Assembly (NCBI GenBank): GCA_963712425.1
Contig: CAVQHW010000005.1
Coordinates: 968 to 64,967 of the forward strand
From: an uncultured Actinomycetota bacterium
GTDB lineage: Bacteria > Actinomycetota > Actinomycetes > JAHEKZ01
Direction: 5' to 3'
Length of the DNA stretch: 64,000 nucleotides
The notes beneath the pieces were generated by a model. It was given only the letters and a program-made list of their open reading frames with translations. It was not told where the DNA came from and ran no database searches. Within the stretch, counting starts at the first letter, position 1. Each line of letters opens with the position of its first letter. Positions 19,499 to 29,581 of this stretch are shown here, in pieces. The position numbers were made by a program, and so were the translations under genes.

Positions 19499-22486
19499 TG
19501 CGGTTGCACCGTTTGAAGCTTTCAGCGATCGGGCCCTTTGCCGACCCCGTCGACATCGACTTCGACACCGTGTCGGCATCTGGCCTTTTCTTGCTCGAGG
19601 GCCCCACCGGGGCGGGCAAGTCGACGTTGATCGATGCCATTGTCTTCGCCCTCTACGGCGAGGTCGCCGGGCGAGCGTCGAGCAATGAGCGAATCGCCTC
19701 GGCGGTGGCGACCAACGGAGCGACCCCCTCGGTCGAGCTCGACTTCAGCACTAGCCACGGTCTGTTTCGGGTGCAACGCACGCCCAAGCACGAGCGAGGC
19801 AAGCGCCGAGGCACCGGGACGACAACGCAGAACGCCTCGGCGAAGCTGTGGCGGCTGATCTCGCCTGAGTCGGGTGATGCTGGCGAGCCGGTGTCGACGC
19901 GCATCGACGAGATTGCCGACGAGATCACCGACATCGTCGGGTTGAGCCGCGAGCAGTTCGTCCAGACCGTCGTGCTCCCGCAGGGCGAGTTCGCGACCTT
20001 CCTACGTGCGGACGCCGAACATCGTCGGGCGCTGCTTCAGCGGCTCTTCGGCACCGAGGTCTACGACCGCACCGTCGAACGGCTCGCTGAGATGCGCCGC
20101 GACGCCCGGCAGCGACGCACTGACGCGTCCCATGCCGTGCAAGGTTCCCTTCGCGCCTACTGCGGGGCAGCGGGGGCGGGTGCCGACGACGAGCGCGTCC
20201 TCGACGAACTGCTTCAGGACGATCCTGATCAGTTGGTAGTTGCCATTCAGCAGCAGATCGATGTCGTTCGCGCCGAGGCAGGCGGCGCCGCAGACGCCGT
20301 CGCCGCCGCAACCGTGGCCGCTACCAAGGCTCGGGCTGACCTGACGCAACGTCAGCGCCAGCATGAGGCGCGCGAGCGGGTCATCGAGCTTCGGCGCAGG
20401 CTCTCGTCGTTGGACGCCACCGAAGACGAGCATCAGTTGGCGGTCAGCCGCCTTGATGTTGCTGAGCGTGCTGCCAGTCTCGTGCCGGTGCTGACCGGGC
20501 TTGAGGACGCCGAGCATCGCCTGGCGGTTGAGCAGCGGGCGGTCGACAGCGCCCGTCACGTTCTGCCCGGCCCCTGATGCGCCCACCAATGAGTGGTCCG
20601 ATCGCGAGCAGACACTTCGCGCGCTGCTCGACTCGATCGCGCCGATCGCGACCCGAGAGCAGCACCTGGTGGCGCGCCGCGAGTCCGTCACAGAGTTGCG
20701 TGCCGAACACGGTGCTCTGGTGAAGCAGCACGAGGACGCGCACCAACTCATTGCGCGGGCGCCCGCCGCCATCGACGACTTGCGCGAGCAGTTGGCCACG
20801 GCTCAGGTGACGCAGGCCCGACTGAAGGGTGCCACCGACCAACTCGCCGCCGCCGAGAAAGACCTCGCCGCGGCCGAACAGCTCGAACAGCTCACCACCC
20901 GCGTCCAAGCTGCGACCACGGCGCGCGACCTTGCCCGTGAGCACGCGCACCAGCTGCTCGGGGTCGAGATGCGGCTGCGCACCGCCTACCTCGACGGAAT
21001 CGCCGGGCAGTTGGCGGCTGAGTTGCGTCCAGACGAAGAGTGCCCGGTCTGCGGTTCTCGTGAGCACCCAGCGCCCGCCCGACGAGCTGATGACCAGGTC
21101 GACCGCGACGGTGTGACCGCTGCCTCAGCCGCGGCCGCGGCAGCAGCCGAAAACTTGCAGGGTGCGCAAGAGGCACTGGCAGAGCTCGAGAAGCGCGCTG
21201 CTGAGCTGCGCGGGTCAGTCGGTTCGATCACCAGTGACCAAGCCCAGGCACGCTGCCTGGCAGCGCTACAGGCAGTGGCTGAGTCAGAAGCGGCCGCTGA
21301 GATCGCGAGTCGGCTGCAGGCAGAGATCGCCACGGCGAGTCAGCAGTTGGCAGACCTGAGGACGCAGAGTGAGACGCTCGCCGCCCGCGTCGCCAGCGCG
21401 GCTACCAGCCTCGAGTCAGCTGAGGCGGCCCTGGCAGAGGACGAGCGGCTTGTCGCTGAAGCTGCCGAAGGCCATGCCTCGGTGGCCGACCGGGTCGGTG
21501 CCGTCTCAACTGAGGCAGATCTCTGGGCTGCTGCTGTCCAGGCACTCACACGTCGGGACGCGGCCCGGCACGACGTCGACCTTCGCGCCGCCGAGTGGCA
21601 GTCGATGCTCGACGATTCAGCATTCAGTGATCGTGACGAGGTGAAGGCGGGTCAGCTCGATGCTGACCAGCGCGCCGAGCTTCGTGCACTGATCGACCAG
21701 CGTCTTGCGGCCAGAGTGTCGTGTCAGACCGAGCTTGCCTCGCCCGAGCTCGCGGGCGTCGACACCGACCTCGAGGTTGACCTCACCGGTGCCCACGAGG
21801 TCGTTGACGCTGCAGAGCGTCGACTTCGTGAGGTGTCGGCGGTAGCCGCGGGCCTCAGCCAACGACTCACCGAGAGCGAGTCGCGCGCCGCCGAGGTTCA
21901 GACCAGCCTCGCCGCCGCACGCACGGTTACCTCAAGCACCGATGCGACGATCCGCATGGCAGACCTTGCTAGTGGTGGCACCCAAGACAACGCGAAAGCG
22001 ATGTCGCTGCCCACGTTCGTGCTGCGCGAGCGTTTCGTCGATGTCGTCGCGTCCGCCAATGATCGATTGACCACGATGAGCGACGGGCGATTCCGCCTCG
22101 AGCACATCGAAGGCAAGCGGGGCAACCGCCGCTCCGGGCTCGAGTTGCAGGTTCGTGACGCCCACGCCGAGCAACCGCGCGACCCGGCCACTCTCTCTGG
22201 TGGCGAGTCGTTCTATTGCTCACTAGCGCTCGCGTTGGGGCTTGCCGACGTCGTCACCGCTGAAGCCGGCGGCATCGACCTCGGCACTCTCTTCGTCGAC
22301 GAGGGGTTCGGTTCGCTCGACGCCGACACCCTCGACCAGGTGCTCGAGGTCTTGCACACGCTGGCAAGCAGCGGGCGGGCGGTGGGCATCGTCAGCCACG
22401 TGCCTGAGCTGAAAGAGCAGATCCCCGAGCGGGTTTCCGTCATCCCGAACCGCGATGGTTCAAGCCGACTCGTCGTCGCTGCCTGA
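19498..22486 (+). pseudogene. sbcC: exonuclease SbcCD subunit C (Rad50-like ATPase), frameshifted near 20566-20574
   Basis: Walker A (LLEGPTGAGKST) and the coiled-coil N-half are in ORF 19498..20577. The rest of the coiled coil, the zinc hook CPVCGS and the C-terminal signature/Walker B (LSGGESFYCSLALALGL...LFVDEGFGSLD) are in ORF 20501..22486, one frame over. Removing one g from cccggcccc gives a continuous ~995-aa SbcC. Confidence 0.8.
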
Positions 22487-23285
22487 GATCACCGTGACGC
22501 CCGATACCCCTCCGCCCTACCTGCGCCCAGATATCACAGACGATGAGCGCAACCTGATCGAGTCAGTGCTCGGCCCAGTGACCGACGAGTCGGTGTTGCG
22601 CGCCGTTCGCGACGGTCGCGGCCGTGAGTTTCAGCGGCTTGAGTTCGTCGGTGACTCAGTGCTCGACGTGATTCTGACGGCCCACCTGTGGATCGAAGGT
22701 GACTGCGCCGCCTGTGCGGGGGCTGACACTCTCCCCGACGCGAGTGACCGCGCCTTGGCAGTAGCGGCGTCCGAGGTCGGGCTCGGGTCATGGCTCGAGT
22801 GGCAGGCTTCGCCCGAGCGCATCGCTGACCTCGTCGAAACTTGTGTAGCCGCCTGTTGGCTGTCGGGGCGTTGGGCGCAGGCGTCGACGTTCGTCAGCCA
22901 CGTTGTGCATCCCGTTGGTGATGCGACCGTGGCCGCACTCGAGCGAGGCACCACGGCAGGGTCGCCGGGGCGGGCTGCCCGACGCGTCGGCTCGGCAATG
23001 CTCGAGCTCGCGGCGGCGTGGGGCGTCTACTTGTCGTTGCCGGACGCCGACGAAGGAACACTTTCGACCAGGCGGGCGACGCTACATCGAGCGTCCGCGG
23101 TGGCAGCAATCGCCCGTGGTTCGCAAGGCGCTGCGTTGATCGGAGACGTTCGCGGTGACGACGTCACGGTGCTGAGCCAAGTCGAAGATGCCTTGGCGGT
23201 GGTCATGGCATCGTCCGGTGCCGACGAGTGCCTGCGCGTTGCCAGCCTGTTTGTGCCGGCGCCAACCGCTGAAGGGTCCGGCTAG
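22455..23285 (+). CDS. ribonuclease III domain-containing protein (no dsRBD)
   Basis: QRLEFVGDSVLDVILTAHLW matches the RNase III catalytic signature (ERLEFLGDA). A second acidic motif is ADLVETCVAACWL. The ATG at 22455 overlaps the sbcC end by 32 nt. An alternative GTG at 22494 lies just past the sbcC stop. Confidence 0.6.
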   Translation: MVQADSSSLPEITVTPDTPPPYLRPDITDDERNLIESVLGPVTDESVLRAVRDGRGREFQRLEFVGDSVLDVILTAHLWIEGDCAACAGADTLPDASDRALAVAASEVGLGSWLEWQASPERIADLVETCVAACWLSGRWAQASTFVSHVVHPVGDATVAALERGTTAGSPGRAARRVGSAMLELAAAWGVYLSLPDADEGTLSTRRATLHRASAVAAIARGSQGAALIGDVRGDDVTVLSQVEDALAVVMASSGADECLRVASLFVPAPTAEGSG

Positions 23286-23294
23286 GCTGCCCGC

Positions 23295-24026
23295 GTGCCT
23301 GACGATGGCGAGTACGCCCACGACTATGTGTATCCGCCGGTCGTCGGCGCCCTGATCACCGCATTCAAGCTGCTCGGGCTACGCATTCGGGTTGAAGGCT
23401 CGCACCACGTTCCGCGCACCGGGCCCGCGGTGCTGGCGTCCAACCACATCAGCCACCTCGACTTCATCTTCGTCGGGCTTGGGGCGCGCGAGTCACGGCG
23501 TTACGTGCGGTTCATGGCCAAAGAGTCGATCTTCGCCCATCGCGTGGCTGGGCCGTTGATGCGCGGTATGCATCACATCGCGGTCGATCGCGAGGCCGGA
23601 CTGCAGAGTTTCCGGGACGCGATGGCTGCGCTCAAGGCTGGTGAGGTCGTTGGGCTGTTCCCTGAGGCGACCATCAGCCGATCGTTTGAGCCGAAGGAGT
23701 TCAAGTCAGGTGCTGAGCGGCTGGCCAAGGCAACCAAGTCGCCGCTGATCCCCGTGGCGGTGTGGGGCACCCAACGGCTGTGGACCTACGACGAGCGCGC
23801 GAGCATGAAGCAGCGCGGAGTGCCCATCAGTGTGTATGTGGGTGAGCCGATCGACCCGACGCTGAGGGGTGAGGCCGCGAACGCAGAACTTCGCCGCCAG
23901 GTCACGGCGTTGGTACATCAGGCTCAGGACGAGTACCCGAGCGTTGGCCGAGGCCAGTGGTGGCAGCCGGAGCGACTCGGTGGAATCGCGCCGACTGCCA
24001 CCCCCGAAGAGGCCGACAGCGACTAG
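23295..24026 (+). CDS. plsC: 1-acyl-sn-glycerol-3-phosphate acyltransferase (lysophospholipid acyltransferase family)
   Basis: NHISHLD (HX4D) and FPEAT motifs of the PlsC/LPLAT family. GTG start. Confidence 0.85.
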   Translation: MPDDGEYAHDYVYPPVVGALITAFKLLGLRIRVEGSHHVPRTGPAVLASNHISHLDFIFVGLGARESRRYVRFMAKESIFAHRVAGPLMRGMHHIAVDREAGLQSFRDAMAALKAGEVVGLFPEATISRSFEPKEFKSGAERLAKATKSPLIPVAVWGTQRLWTYDERASMKQRGVPISVYVGEPIDPTLRGEAANAELRRQVTALVHQAQDEYPSVGRGQWWQPERLGGIAPTATPEEADSD

Positions 24027-25573
24027 TGCGCAGCGCCCATGGGGCCTGCGTGCGCTGCCTCTTCCTTGGTGACCTTGATGGCGAACGTTGTGATGATGAA
24101 CGCCACGATGGCAAGGCCTGCTGACACCTGGAAGGCTGAGGTCCAACCATCGACCGTGGCCGTGACATCTGCGGCCGCCAGTTGTTCGGGGGTCGGTTGC
24201 GAGCCGTAGCCGGCCACCAGATCTCCGAAGGTGCTGGCGAAGACTGTCGCGAACACGGTCGTCAGAGCAGCCAGGCCGATCGAGCCACCGATCTGCTGAG
24301 TGGTGTTGAGCACACCGGAGGCAATACCGGCGTCGCTCTCGTCGATCTGTGACACCGCGGCCAACGTGAGTGGCATGAACGTGAAGCCCAGGCCCAGTGC
24401 GAACACGATCATCGGTCCGAGCAGCCCGCCGACGTAGGTGGAGTCGGGTTGGATCTGTGCCAGCCACAGCATCCCGATGGCCGTCATTGCGGTACCCAGC
24501 ATCGCGAACGGCTTGGCGCCGAACTTGGTGAGCAGTTGTGCGGCTGTGCCAGCGGCGATGATGATGCAGATGCTGACGGGGACGAAGGCGAACCCTGCCT
24601 TGATCGGGCTGTAGCCGAGCACGCCCTGCACGAACTGCGTCAGGTAGAAGAACATGCCGAACATCGCTGCACCGATGATGAGCATGACGCCATAGGCACC
24701 AGCGCGATTGCGGTTCTCGAGGATGCGCAGTGGCATCAGGGCGTGCCTGCTTCGCGCTTCAATAATGATGAAGGCGACCAGCAGCACGACTGATGCCGCG
24801 AGCAGTATTAGATTTCGGCTGTCGGTCCAGGCTTCAGTCGCTGCGTTGTCGACGCCTTGAGCACTGAGTTCACCAACACTCGTGGCGACTTCAGTGAGCG
24901 CATACACGAGCAGTGCTAGCCCGGCAGTTGCTGTGATGGCCCCAGGCAGGTCGAACTTGCCGGAGTGTCGCTCGGTCTCGTTGAGTGCGCGGGGGGCGAC
25001 TAGGGCGATGAAGATGCCGATCGGAACGTTGACAAACATGACCCAGCGCCAGTCGATCTCGGTGAGGAAGCCACCGAGGATCAGCCCGACTGCAGCACCA
25101 GCACCAGACATCGCTGCGTAGACACCCATGGCGCGGTTGCGCTCTTTGCCTTCCGGAAACTCCGTGGCGATCAGCGAGAGCGCCGTAGGTGCGGCGATGG
25201 CAGCGCCGAGCCCTTGCAATGGCACGGAAGGCTAGGAGCGATCCCTCGCTCCATGCGAACCCGCCGCCGAGTGACCCGAGCGTGAAGAGCCAGATACCGA
25301 AGATGAACACGCGCCGGCGTCCGAGAATGTCACCGGCCCGACCACCGAGCAGCAGGAATCCACCAAACGCGAGGGTGTACGCGGTGAGCACCCACTGCAG
25401 GTTGGTGGGGGTGAATCCGAGGTCTTTCTCGATGCTGGGGAGCGCGATGTTCACGATGGTGGCGTCGAGCACCACCATCAACTGCGCGGTACAGATGACG
25501 ACGAGCGCAAGCGCCAGGCTCTTCGGCGCTTCGATCGTCGATTCGAGCCGACGCTCTGATCAGAGCTGGTCAT
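24023..25573 (-). pseudogene. MFS transporter (DHA2 / EmrB-QacA type drug:H+ antiporter), two frameshifts (near 25215 and 25525)
   Basis: The Met start plus RRSKR lies in one frame. TM1-3 (LALALVVICTAQLMVVLDATIVNIALPSI...GSLLAFRAI) lie in a second frame (ORF 24891..25481). The remaining ~11 TM (QGLGAAIAAPTALSLIATEF...) lie in a third (ORF 24023..25225). Each junction is repaired by a 1-nt indel. Confidence 0.75.
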
Positions 25574-25607
25574 GCCACTCCTTGGGTTGTGATGGGTGCG
25601 GAACGAG

Positions 25608-26223
25608 CTAGTGGTGGGGCGCGGGGGTAGCGCGCGTGAGCAGGGGGAGCCACACCTCGTCAACCAGTCGGGCGAGGTAGACCTCATCGACATCGTGCGG
25701 TGTGAGCAGGTGTCGGAAGATCAGCATGGCGGGTGCGGCGTCCACAAGAAACTGAATATCAGCCGCCTCTGACACCTCACCACGCTCTTGGGCGCGAGCC
25801 AGGATCTGTAGGGCGCCGGCACGCTTGGCGTCGATGACCTGCTCTTGGAAGGCGCGGGCGAGCTCGGGGTCGGCTCCGCAGGCGGAGATCATGCCGCGCA
25901 TGACGCAGAGCTGCTCGTGGCCCGAGCTGTTCATGGCGCCGCTGAGCAGGGCCAGCAGATCGGTGCGCAGGTCACCGGAGTCGGGAAGGACGGCGGTGTC
26001 GACGCCCTTCATGTAGCGAATGGCTGCCACGACGAGCTCGGCCTTGCCTGGCCAGTGCCGGTAGAGCGTGGCCTTGCTGGCCCCGGCTCGCTCGGCGACG
26101 GCGTCCATGGTCATGCGGTCGTAGCCCACGGCCTGGAGCTCGTCGATCGTGGCTTGCAGGATGCCCTCGTGGCGTTCGGTGCGGCGTCGCGAGAGAGCGC
26201 GCAGCGACGGCTTGTGGCGTCAT
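25608..26223 (-). pseudogene. TetR/AcrR family transcriptional regulator, N-terminal frameshift near 26187
   Basis: The HTH and ligand domain are in ORF 25608..26129 (…GYDRMTMDAVAERAGASKATLYRHWPGK…). The only in-phase start (ATG 26223, MTPQAVAARSLA) is in another frame. Deleting one a gives MTPQAVAARSLARRTERHEGILQATIDELQAVGYDRMTMD. It lies divergent to the MFS gene. Confidence 0.65.
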
Positions 26224-26366
26224 GGCTCCCCTCCCGTGGGCGATCTGCGTCGACGGAAACGAAACGAAACGGTTTCGTACCGTCCAGAACCGTAGACGCC
26301 CAGATCCGCTCCGTCAACCCCCGCTCAGAGCGGGTGCTCGGGTCGCTCGGCTGGTTGGATGCCTGC

Positions 26367-28016
26367 ATGACAAACGCAGATCTGGTCTTTGTCGGAGGAC
26401 GCATCTTCACCGGGCACGGGCGACCGGCCGAACCCGGAGCGGTGGCCGTGACCTCGGGGTCGATCTCGGCGGTCGGCACCGACGATCAGGTCAAAGACCT
26501 GATCGGCTCTGGCACCGAGGTCATCGAGATCGGCGATCGCCTGCTCTGCCCCGGGTTCCAGGACGCCCACGTCCACCCGATCTATGGCGGCACGCAGATG
26601 TCTCAGTGCGACCTGCACGAGGTCGTCACTTCGGACGAGAGCGTTGAGGTCGTCGCCAAGTACGCGGCCGCCAACCCAGAGCTGTCGTGGATCTTGGGAG
26701 GCGGCTGGTCGATGGAGGCGTTCCCAGGCGGCACCCCGACGGCGGCATTGCTCGACGCGGTTGTGCCCGATCGTCCGGTGTTCTTGCCGAACCGCGACGG
26801 TCACAGCGGGTGGGTCAACGGCAAGGCGCTCGAAGTTGCCGGGATTACGAAAGGCACCGGCGACCCAGACGACGGACGCATCGAGCGCGATGCCGACGGA
26901 AATCCGACGGGGTGCCTGCATGAGGGGGCTATGTCGCTGGTGAGCGCACTGGTGCCGGCGCCTACGGCGTCCGACTATGACCGTGCTCTTGATGTGGCGC
27001 AGCAGTACCTGTTCGCGCTCGGCATCACGGGGTGGCAGGACGCGATTGTCGGCGAGGTCAACGGACGCCCTGACAACCTCGAGGCGTACGTGCGTGGCGT
27101 CAACGACGGACGGCTGAAGGCTCGCGTGGTCGGTGCGATCTGGTGGGACCGGAACCGCGGGCTCGAACAGCTGCCCGAACTGATCGAGCGCCGCGCCGCC
27201 GGCAACGTCGGACGCTTCCAGGCAACGAGCGTGAAGATCATGCAGGACGGTGTCATCGAGAACTTCACGGCAGCGATGATCGCTCCGTATCTCGATGCCT
27301 GCGGATGCCAAACCCAGAACGCTGGGCTGTCGTTCGTCGACCCAGGAGTGCTCAACGAGGCTGTCGTCGCGCTCGACGCCGAGGGGTTCCAGGTGCACTT
27401 CCACGCGCTGGGCGATCGGGCTGTACGCGAGGCGCTCGACGCGGTGCAGTGCGCGCGTGAAGCGCACGGTATGAACGACCTGCGACACCACCTGGCGCAC
27501 ATCCAGGTCGTTCACCCTGACGACATCCCACGCTTTGCCGCCCTTGGTGCGGCCGCCAACATGCAGCCACTCTGGGCATGTCACGAACCACAGATGGATG
27601 AGCTCACCATTCCGTTCTTGGGTGACAGGTGGAGTTGGCAGTACCCGTTCGGTGCACTTGAGCGAGCTGGTGCGACGTTGGTCGCAGGCAGCGACTGGTC
27701 GGTGAGTAGCCCTGACGTGATGTGGGGGACGCACGTCGCCGTCAACCGCATGCCCCCGCCCGATGGTGACGATCACGCTGGCAAAGAGGCGTTCATCGCC
27801 GAGCAGGCGTTGTCGGTGGAGTCCTCGCTGACCGCGTACACCGCGGGCTCGGCGTGGGTCAATCACCTCGAGGCAACCACCGGGACGCTGGACGTCGGCA
27901 AGTACGCCGATCTGGCGCTGCTCGAACGTGACCCGTTCGCCATCGACCCCATGGAGATCGGCACCATTCAGGTTGAGCAGACCTTCATCGACGGCGAGCG
28001 AGTCTTCGCACGCTGA
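26367..28016 (+). CDS. amidohydrolase family protein (amidohydrolase 3 / YtcJ-like)
   Basis: MTNADLVFVGGRIFTG...GFQDAHVHP (metal-binding HxH), ...HFHALGDRAV..., ...GSDWSV... motifs. The ORF extends upstream to 25845, but that part is antisense to the TetR gene and is not counted. Confidence 0.85.
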   Translation: MTNADLVFVGGRIFTGHGRPAEPGAVAVTSGSISAVGTDDQVKDLIGSGTEVIEIGDRLLCPGFQDAHVHPIYGGTQMSQCDLHEVVTSDESVEVVAKYAAANPELSWILGGGWSMEAFPGGTPTAALLDAVVPDRPVFLPNRDGHSGWVNGKALEVAGITKGTGDPDDGRIERDADGNPTGCLHEGAMSLVSALVPAPTASDYDRALDVAQQYLFALGITGWQDAIVGEVNGRPDNLEAYVRGVNDGRLKARVVGAIWWDRNRGLEQLPELIERRAAGNVGRFQATSVKIMQDGVIENFTAAMIAPYLDACGCQTQNAGLSFVDPGVLNEAVVALDAEGFQVHFHALGDRAVREALDAVQCAREAHGMNDLRHHLAHIQVVHPDDIPRFAALGAAANMQPLWACHEPQMDELTIPFLGDRWSWQYPFGALERAGATLVAGSDWSVSSPDVMWGTHVAVNRMPPPDGDDHAGKEAFIAEQALSVESSLTAYTAGSAWVNHLEATTGTLDVGKYADLALLERDPFAIDPMEIGTIQVEQTFIDGERVFAR

Positions 28017-28022
28017 CGCAAA

Positions 28023-28919
28023 CTAGGCGTCAACCGCGCGGCGCTCGAGATTGTCGAGTTGGTCGAGCAACCACCCGGCGCCTTGCACATTCACAACGTT
28101 GTCGTTGGCTTGCCCTGATGCTGCCGTCGCCGATGTCACACGCCGGATGAGCTCACGGTCACTGGTGACGACAACCATGGCTTCGGACGCGGTGGCGAGC
28201 TCTGGTGCCGCGGCGACGATGGCGTCATCTCCAGAACCACTCGCGCGAATCGCATGCACCGGACGCGGTAGCTCGACCTCGCGAGCCTTGCCTTCGACGA
28301 CCAGGTGAACCGTCGCCACCACGCCAGCGCTATCACCCACCGCGACCGTCGTGCCTACCAGGGGAAGCAGTCGCGAAGCCAAGCGTTTCGTGGCGCCCGC
28401 GCGGTCCTTCCACCAACCATCGGGCACTGAGCCGACCACGTTGGCCGCGTCAACGAGCAGGGTGAGCGCTGGCAACTGGGCGTCTGGCCAGGTGTGCCCG
28501 AAGCCAGGGTGCAGTGGCAGTTCGCCGACTGAACTCGTCGGCACCCACACCAGCTCGGCCGACTCTTCGTTGCCTGTCGTCTCGAGTTCTTCCGCACTGT
28601 CGCCGTACACGGTGGTGTAACTCCACTGACCGTGGTCGTCGACGAACGTGTGGCGCACGCGAACTTGCTCGACATCGAGCGCGGTCTCTTCGTTGGCTTC
28701 ACGCAATGCCGCTTGCTCGACGGTCTCGTGACTATCGCGCGCGCCGCCAGGCAGACCCCAAGTACCTCCGTGATGACACCATTCCGCGCGGTGCTGCAGG
28801 AGCACGCGCAAGGTGCCCTCGGCGTCCACGTGGTGCAAGAGCAGACCAGCTGCACCGTGCAGACCCCAGTGCCTATGGCCCTGGTCGCACTCGATCCAGC
28901 CGTTTCCGTCTCGCTCCAC
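28023..28919 (-). CDS. NUDIX hydrolase - NYN (YacP-like) domain fusion protein
   Basis: N-terminal Nudix box GGARDSHETVEQAALREANEETAL (GX5EX7REUXEEXGU). C-terminal LLVDAANVVGSVPDGWW...VVVTSDRELIRRV matches the YacP-like NYN nuclease domain. Confidence 0.75.
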   Translation of the reverse strand: MERDGNGWIECDQGHRHWGLHGAAGLLLHHVDAEGTLRVLLQHRAEWCHHGGTWGLPGGARDSHETVEQAALREANEETALDVEQVRVRHTFVDDHGQWSYTTVYGDSAEELETTGNEESAELVWVPTSSVGELPLHPGFGHTWPDAQLPALTLLVDAANVVGSVPDGWWKDRAGATKRLASRLLPLVGTTVAVGDSAGVVATVHLVVEGKAREVELPRPVHAIRASGSGDDAIVAAAPELATASEAMVVVTSDRELIRRVTSATAASGQANDNVVNVQGAGWLLDQLDNLERRAVDA

Positions 28920-28983
28920 AGCACTTGAGTATCACGTCAGAGCGGTGCTCGTGCGTCGCGGCGACTGGCTACTCGCGTCAGTG

Positions 28984-29445
28984 CTAGTTGTCCCACTGCC
29001 AGGTGCAGATGGTGGCGTCCTCGACGTCATCGGCGCCGGCCGACCGGTAGGTCGCCAGCGCCGGCTGATAGTGGGGGTCGCCGGGGTCGAGCGGAACCCA
29101 CATGCCTCGGCATCCCGCGGTCTTGGCGAGGGCGACGAGAGCACGCACCAACGACCGACCTACCCCCTGTCGCCGATGACCTTCGTCGACCCCGAGCTCG
29201 TAGAGCAGCATCTCGGTGCCCTTGTCGGGGTGATGGATCTCGACGCCAGAGACGAACCCGACGAACTCCGCTGCGTCAGATCCAGACGCTCCCGAAGCGA
29301 GGGATGCCAGCAGCAGGTGATGGCCCTCGGCGGCCAGAAAGCGGTCCGTCCACGCTGATTGGGCGGGGGCGTCGAACAGGTGCGAGGCGGCCTGGACCAG
29401 TGCCGCGTCCGCTGGTCCGCAGGCGTGAATGGTGGTGACGACCAT
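28984..29445 (-). CDS. GNAT family N-acetyltransferase
   Basis: RRQGVGRSLV acetyl-CoA binding motif. 153 aa. Confidence 0.75.
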   Translation of the reverse strand: MVVTTIHACGPADAALVQAASHLFDAPAQSAWTDRFLAAEGHHLLLASLASGASGSDAAEFVGFVSGVEIHHPDKGTEMLLYELGVDEGHRRQGVGRSLVRALVALAKTAGCRGMWVPLDPGDPHYQPALATYRSAGADDVEDATICTWQWDN

Positions 29446-29511
29446 GATCAGGACGGTACTGGGCCAGGCCTGGCTCGGCTCTCGGCTTGACGTCTACCGG
29501 GGAGGCCAGGT

Positions 29512-29530
29512 TAAGGTTAGGCTTACCTAA
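29512..29530. promoter_or_regulatory. IdeR (DtxR-family) iron box upstream of bfd-bfr
   Basis: TAAGGTTAGGCTTACCTAA matches the 19-bp IdeR consensus TTAGGTTAGGCTAACCTAA at 17/19 positions. It sits in the divergent intergenic region 52 nt upstream of bfd. Confidence 0.6.
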
Positions 29531-29581
29531 GCACCCCGCCCCAACACTCAGCACCCTCAGATCCTCACGGGAGTCAGTTCG

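Noticed and set aside
25845-26366. N-terminal 174 codons of the 723-aa ORF 25845..28016
   Set aside because: This part is antisense to the TetR gene and Gly/Ala-rich. The amidohydrolase domain begins at the Met at 26367 (MTNADLVFVGG).
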